Shown here piece after piece: positions 22,040 through 24,000 of a DNA stretch of 24,000 nt. A model generated the notes under the pieces. It saw only the letters and a list, made by a program, of their open reading frames with translations. It had not been told where the DNA came from and searched no databases. The translations under genes were made by a program, and so were the position numbers. The DNA comes from Aeriscardovia sp. (GTDB lineage Bacteria > Actinomycetota > Actinomycetes > Actinomycetales > Bifidobacteriaceae), in contig JAFRAT010000018.1 in NCBI GenBank assembly GCA_017405305.1, positions 1,248-25,247 on the forward strand, written 5' to 3'. Each line of letters starts with the position of its first letter. The stretch's first letter is position 1.

Positions 22040-22993
22040 ATGACCCGCCATCGCCACCGCGACCGCAGCTGGCCGCCCGTCCCGCTTCCGCTGGATGCGC
22101 CGGCTGTCGACGACCACACCCACGTGGCGTCCGTCGTGTCTTTTTCGCGCGCGATGGCGCGCCAGGCTGTCGAGCGGAATATGCCCGCCGTGCCGGTCTA
22201 CGACATCGACCACCTGCTGGCGATGGCCGCGTCCGTCGGCGTGACGCAGATCATCGACGTCGGCTGCGAATATCCGAACCTGCCTGTTGCGCTGGAGATG
22301 GCGAAGGCCCATCCGGGGCAGGTGCACGCAGCTCTCGCCATCCACCCCAACGAAGCCGTGCTGCACGGCCATCACGGCGTCCCCGGTCCCGATGGGCTGC
22401 CCGTCCACTACGAGCCGTGGCACGACGTGTCTTACCGCGACGCCTTCGACGAGATGGCCCAGATGGTGGCCGGTAACCCCGGCGCCGTCGTCGCTGTGGG
22501 CGAGACCGGCCTGGACCTGTTCCGCACCGGAGAAGCGGGCCTGGAACTCCAGCTCCGCGCCTTCCGCGACCACATTGCCCTCGCCAAGGAGACCGGACTG
22601 CCGATGCAGATCCACGACCGCGACGCACACCGCCAGGTCGTCGAGACCCTTCTGGAAGACGGCGCCCCCGAGGGCACAGTGTTCCACTCCTTCGCCGCCG
22701 GCCCCGACATCGCGCGGCTGGCCAACGAGCACGGCTGGTACCTGAGCTTCTCGGGCACGGTGTCCTTCAAGGGCAACGACAGCATCCGCCAGGCGCTCGC
22801 CATCGCCGACAAACGGCACATCCTCGTCGAAACGGACGCGCCCTACCTGACGCCGATGCCGTACCGCGGCCGCACCAATTCGCCGTACATGATCCCGTAC
22901 ACGCTGGCCGCCATGGCCGGCGTCCTGGGCATGGAGACGGACGAGGTGGCCCGGCTGACGGCCGGCAACGCCCGCCGCCTGTACCGCATCTGA
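22040..22993 (+). CDS. tatD: TatD family metal-dependent hydrolase/DNase
   Basis: 317 aa. It has the 'VDDHTHV' metal motif, 'VAVGETGLDLFR', 'QIHDRDAH', 'VFHSFAAG' and 'LVETDAPYLTPMPYRG'. Its position after metG matches conserved synteny. Confidence 0.9.
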   Translation: MTRHRHRDRSWPPVPLPLDAPAVDDHTHVASVVSFSRAMARQAVERNMPAVPVYDIDHLLAMAASVGVTQIIDVGCEYPNLPVALEMAKAHPGQVHAALAIHPNEAVLHGHHGVPGPDGLPVHYEPWHDVSYRDAFDEMAQMVAGNPGAVVAVGETGLDLFRTGEAGLELQLRAFRDHIALAKETGLPMQIHDRDAHRQVVETLLEDGAPEGTVFHSFAAGPDIARLANEHGWYLSFSGTVSFKGNDSIRQALAIADKRHILVETDAPYLTPMPYRGRTNSPYMIPYTLAAMAGVLGMETDEVARLTAGNARRLYRI

Positions 22994-23016
22994 GGGCTGG
23001 TTCCGGCCGCGCCGAA

Positions 23017-23040
23017 CCTTTCCGTTTCCTTTCCGTTTCC
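23017..23040. repeat. 11-bp tandem direct repeat (2.2 copies)
   Basis: CCTTTCCGTTT occurs at 23017-23027 and 23028-23038, followed by CC. It sits just downstream of the tatD stop and a weak GGTTC...GAACC hairpin. Confidence 0.85.
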
Positions 23041-23230
23041 ATCCCGAATCATGCACGTTATGTGAACGTGTGTAGAATGACGGTCAAGTCACATCCCATG
23101 CCAACGGAGCCTGGTGGATCCGCGCGTCCGCAGAGTTGCGCGGGCCATGGGATTTCGCATATCCGGACGCGGACGCGGCCGGCATCCGCGGCAAGCAGTC
23201 GACGCCACGGCACGAGACGGGAGTTTCCCC

Positions 23231-24000
23231 ATGTCACAGCAGAGCTACGCCAGCGACTCCACCGCGGAACAGAAGGACGCGGAACCTGGGGCGCCGCCGG
23301 CGGACGGCCATCACGAACCGACGCCGTCCGGCTGTCAAGCGTCCGGCGCCTCGAAAGCCGCCGGCTCGGCGGCCGTCCTGAGGAGGGAACGCCCGGCCAG
23401 GCAGGAGGCGCACGACAAGCTGCCCAAGCAGCGCGGGCTGGCGGAGAAGCCCGCCCGCACGCCATGGACGCGCCGCCGGCGGCGCGTCCGGTCCTCGCCC
23501 GATAGCCGCGTCAAGCTCTCCATGTGCATCGTGGCCATGGGCGTCGTCTACGGCGACATCGGCACCTCGCCGCTGTACACCATGCAGACCTTCATCGCCG
23601 ACCAGGGCGGCGTCAACGCGGTGAGCCGCTTCCAGATTCTGGGCATGCTGTCCCTGCTGTTCTGGTCGATCCTGCTCATCGTCACCACCAAGTACGTGCT
23701 CGTCGCCACGCACATCAGCAACAAGGGCGAAGGCGGCATTTTCGCGCTGTTCGCCATGGTCAAACGCTATGGCAAGTGGCTGGCGGTCCCGGCCATGATC
23801 GGCGGCGCGGCCTTCTTCGCCGACTCCGTGCTGACGCCGGCCGTGTCGATTTCGTCGGCCGTGGGCGGCCTGGGCACGCTGTCCGCCTCGCCGCTGTTCG
23901 ACCCCGAGTCGACGCTGCTCATCACCATCGTCATCATCGTGCTCCTGTTCTCCATCCAGTCGCAGGGGACGGTGAGCCTGGGGCGCGTGTTCGGCGCTGT
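23231..24000 (+). CDS. kup: potassium uptake protein Kup (KUP/HAK/KT family), 5' partial, runs off the window
   Basis: This frame is absent from the ORF track because it has no stop in the window. My own translation gives 'MGVVYGDIGTSPLYTMQTF...LGMLSLLFWSILLIVTTKYVLVATHISNKGEGGIFAL...GGAAFFADSVLTPAVSISSAV', which matches the Kup N-terminal signature (GVVYGDIGTSPLY, GEGG). The ATG at 23231 has a GGGAG SD at 7 nt. An alternative in-frame ATG at 23522 would remove an Arg/Pro/Ala-rich extension of about 97 aa. Confidence 0.85.
   Translation, partial: MSQQSYASDSTAEQKDAEPGAPPADGHHEPTPSGCQASGASKAAGSAAVLRRERPARQEAHDKLPKQRGLAEKPARTPWTRRRRRVRSSPDSRVKLSMCIVAMGVVYGDIGTSPLYTMQTFIADQGGVNAVSRFQILGMLSLLFWSILLIVTTKYVLVATHISNKGEGGIFALFAMVKRYGKWLAVPAMIGGAAFFADSVLTPAVSISSAVGGLGTLSASPLFDPESTLLITIVIIVLLFSIQSQGTVSLGRVFGA

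Noticed and set aside
18488-23056. Minus-strand ORFs 18488..19822 (444 aa), 20132..21055 (307 aa) and 21455..23056 (533 aa)
   Set aside because: They lie antisense to rsmI, metG and tatD. Their composition is typical of GC-rich shadow frames.
22994-23230. A c-di-AMP (ydaO/kimA-type) riboswitch upstream of kup
   Set aside because: Only an isolated CCCGAAUC is present. The GGGGACCCA, GGGGUGAAUCC and CGUCAGCUAACCUCGUAAGC blocks are absent.
1-24000. CRISPR arrays, transposases or integrases, prophage genes, toxin-antitoxin pairs, or defence systems (the Sir2 gene was considered as a Thoeris/DSR-type defence sirtuin)
   Set aside because: No spaced direct-repeat arrays or mobile-element ORFs were seen. 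The Sir2 protein is a compact 249-aa canonical CobB-type sirtuin with a Zn-Cys4 site and no fused effector or sensor domains.

Overview
High-GC (about 65% by eye) actinobacterial chromosome segment. Protein motifs recalled from memory look most like Bifidobacteriaceae, but this was not verified. No CRISPR array, transposase, integrase, tRNA or rRNA was seen. About 21 genes can be supported.

The left part is housekeeping: a DUF4235-like protein, a TetR regulator, ftsY, amt-glnK, and a translationally coupled dnaB-murT-gatD block. The right part is the conserved rsmI-metG-tatD block followed by the 5' end of kup.

The middle (about 9.3-18.7 kb) looks accessory. It holds a decayed purA relic, a tandem crcB pair preceded by a fluoride-riboswitch-like element with an unusual insertion, and a co-directional minus-strand cluster. 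That cluster runs nrdJ (Lactobacillus leichmannii-type, adenosylcobalamin-dependent ribonucleoside-triphosphate reductase), ecfT, a fused ecfA-A', an orphan ECF S component, a PduO-type adenosyltransferase, and a sirtuin.

My best candidate for an undescribed system is this cluster, read as a self-contained B12 import, activation and use module for dNTP synthesis. It appears to be headed by NrdR boxes rather than a cobalamin riboswitch, and its S component has no assigned substrate.

Other notable signals are a dense cluster of seven DnaA-box-like 9-mers in an AT-rich gap upstream of dnaB, a MurT lacking the Cys4 insertion, and a PII protein with substituted effector-binding residues and no adjacent glnD.

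Many long ORFs in the supplied track are antisense or out-of-frame shadows typical of high-GC DNA and were rejected. All homology statements come from reading the translations against remembered family motifs. No database search was run.
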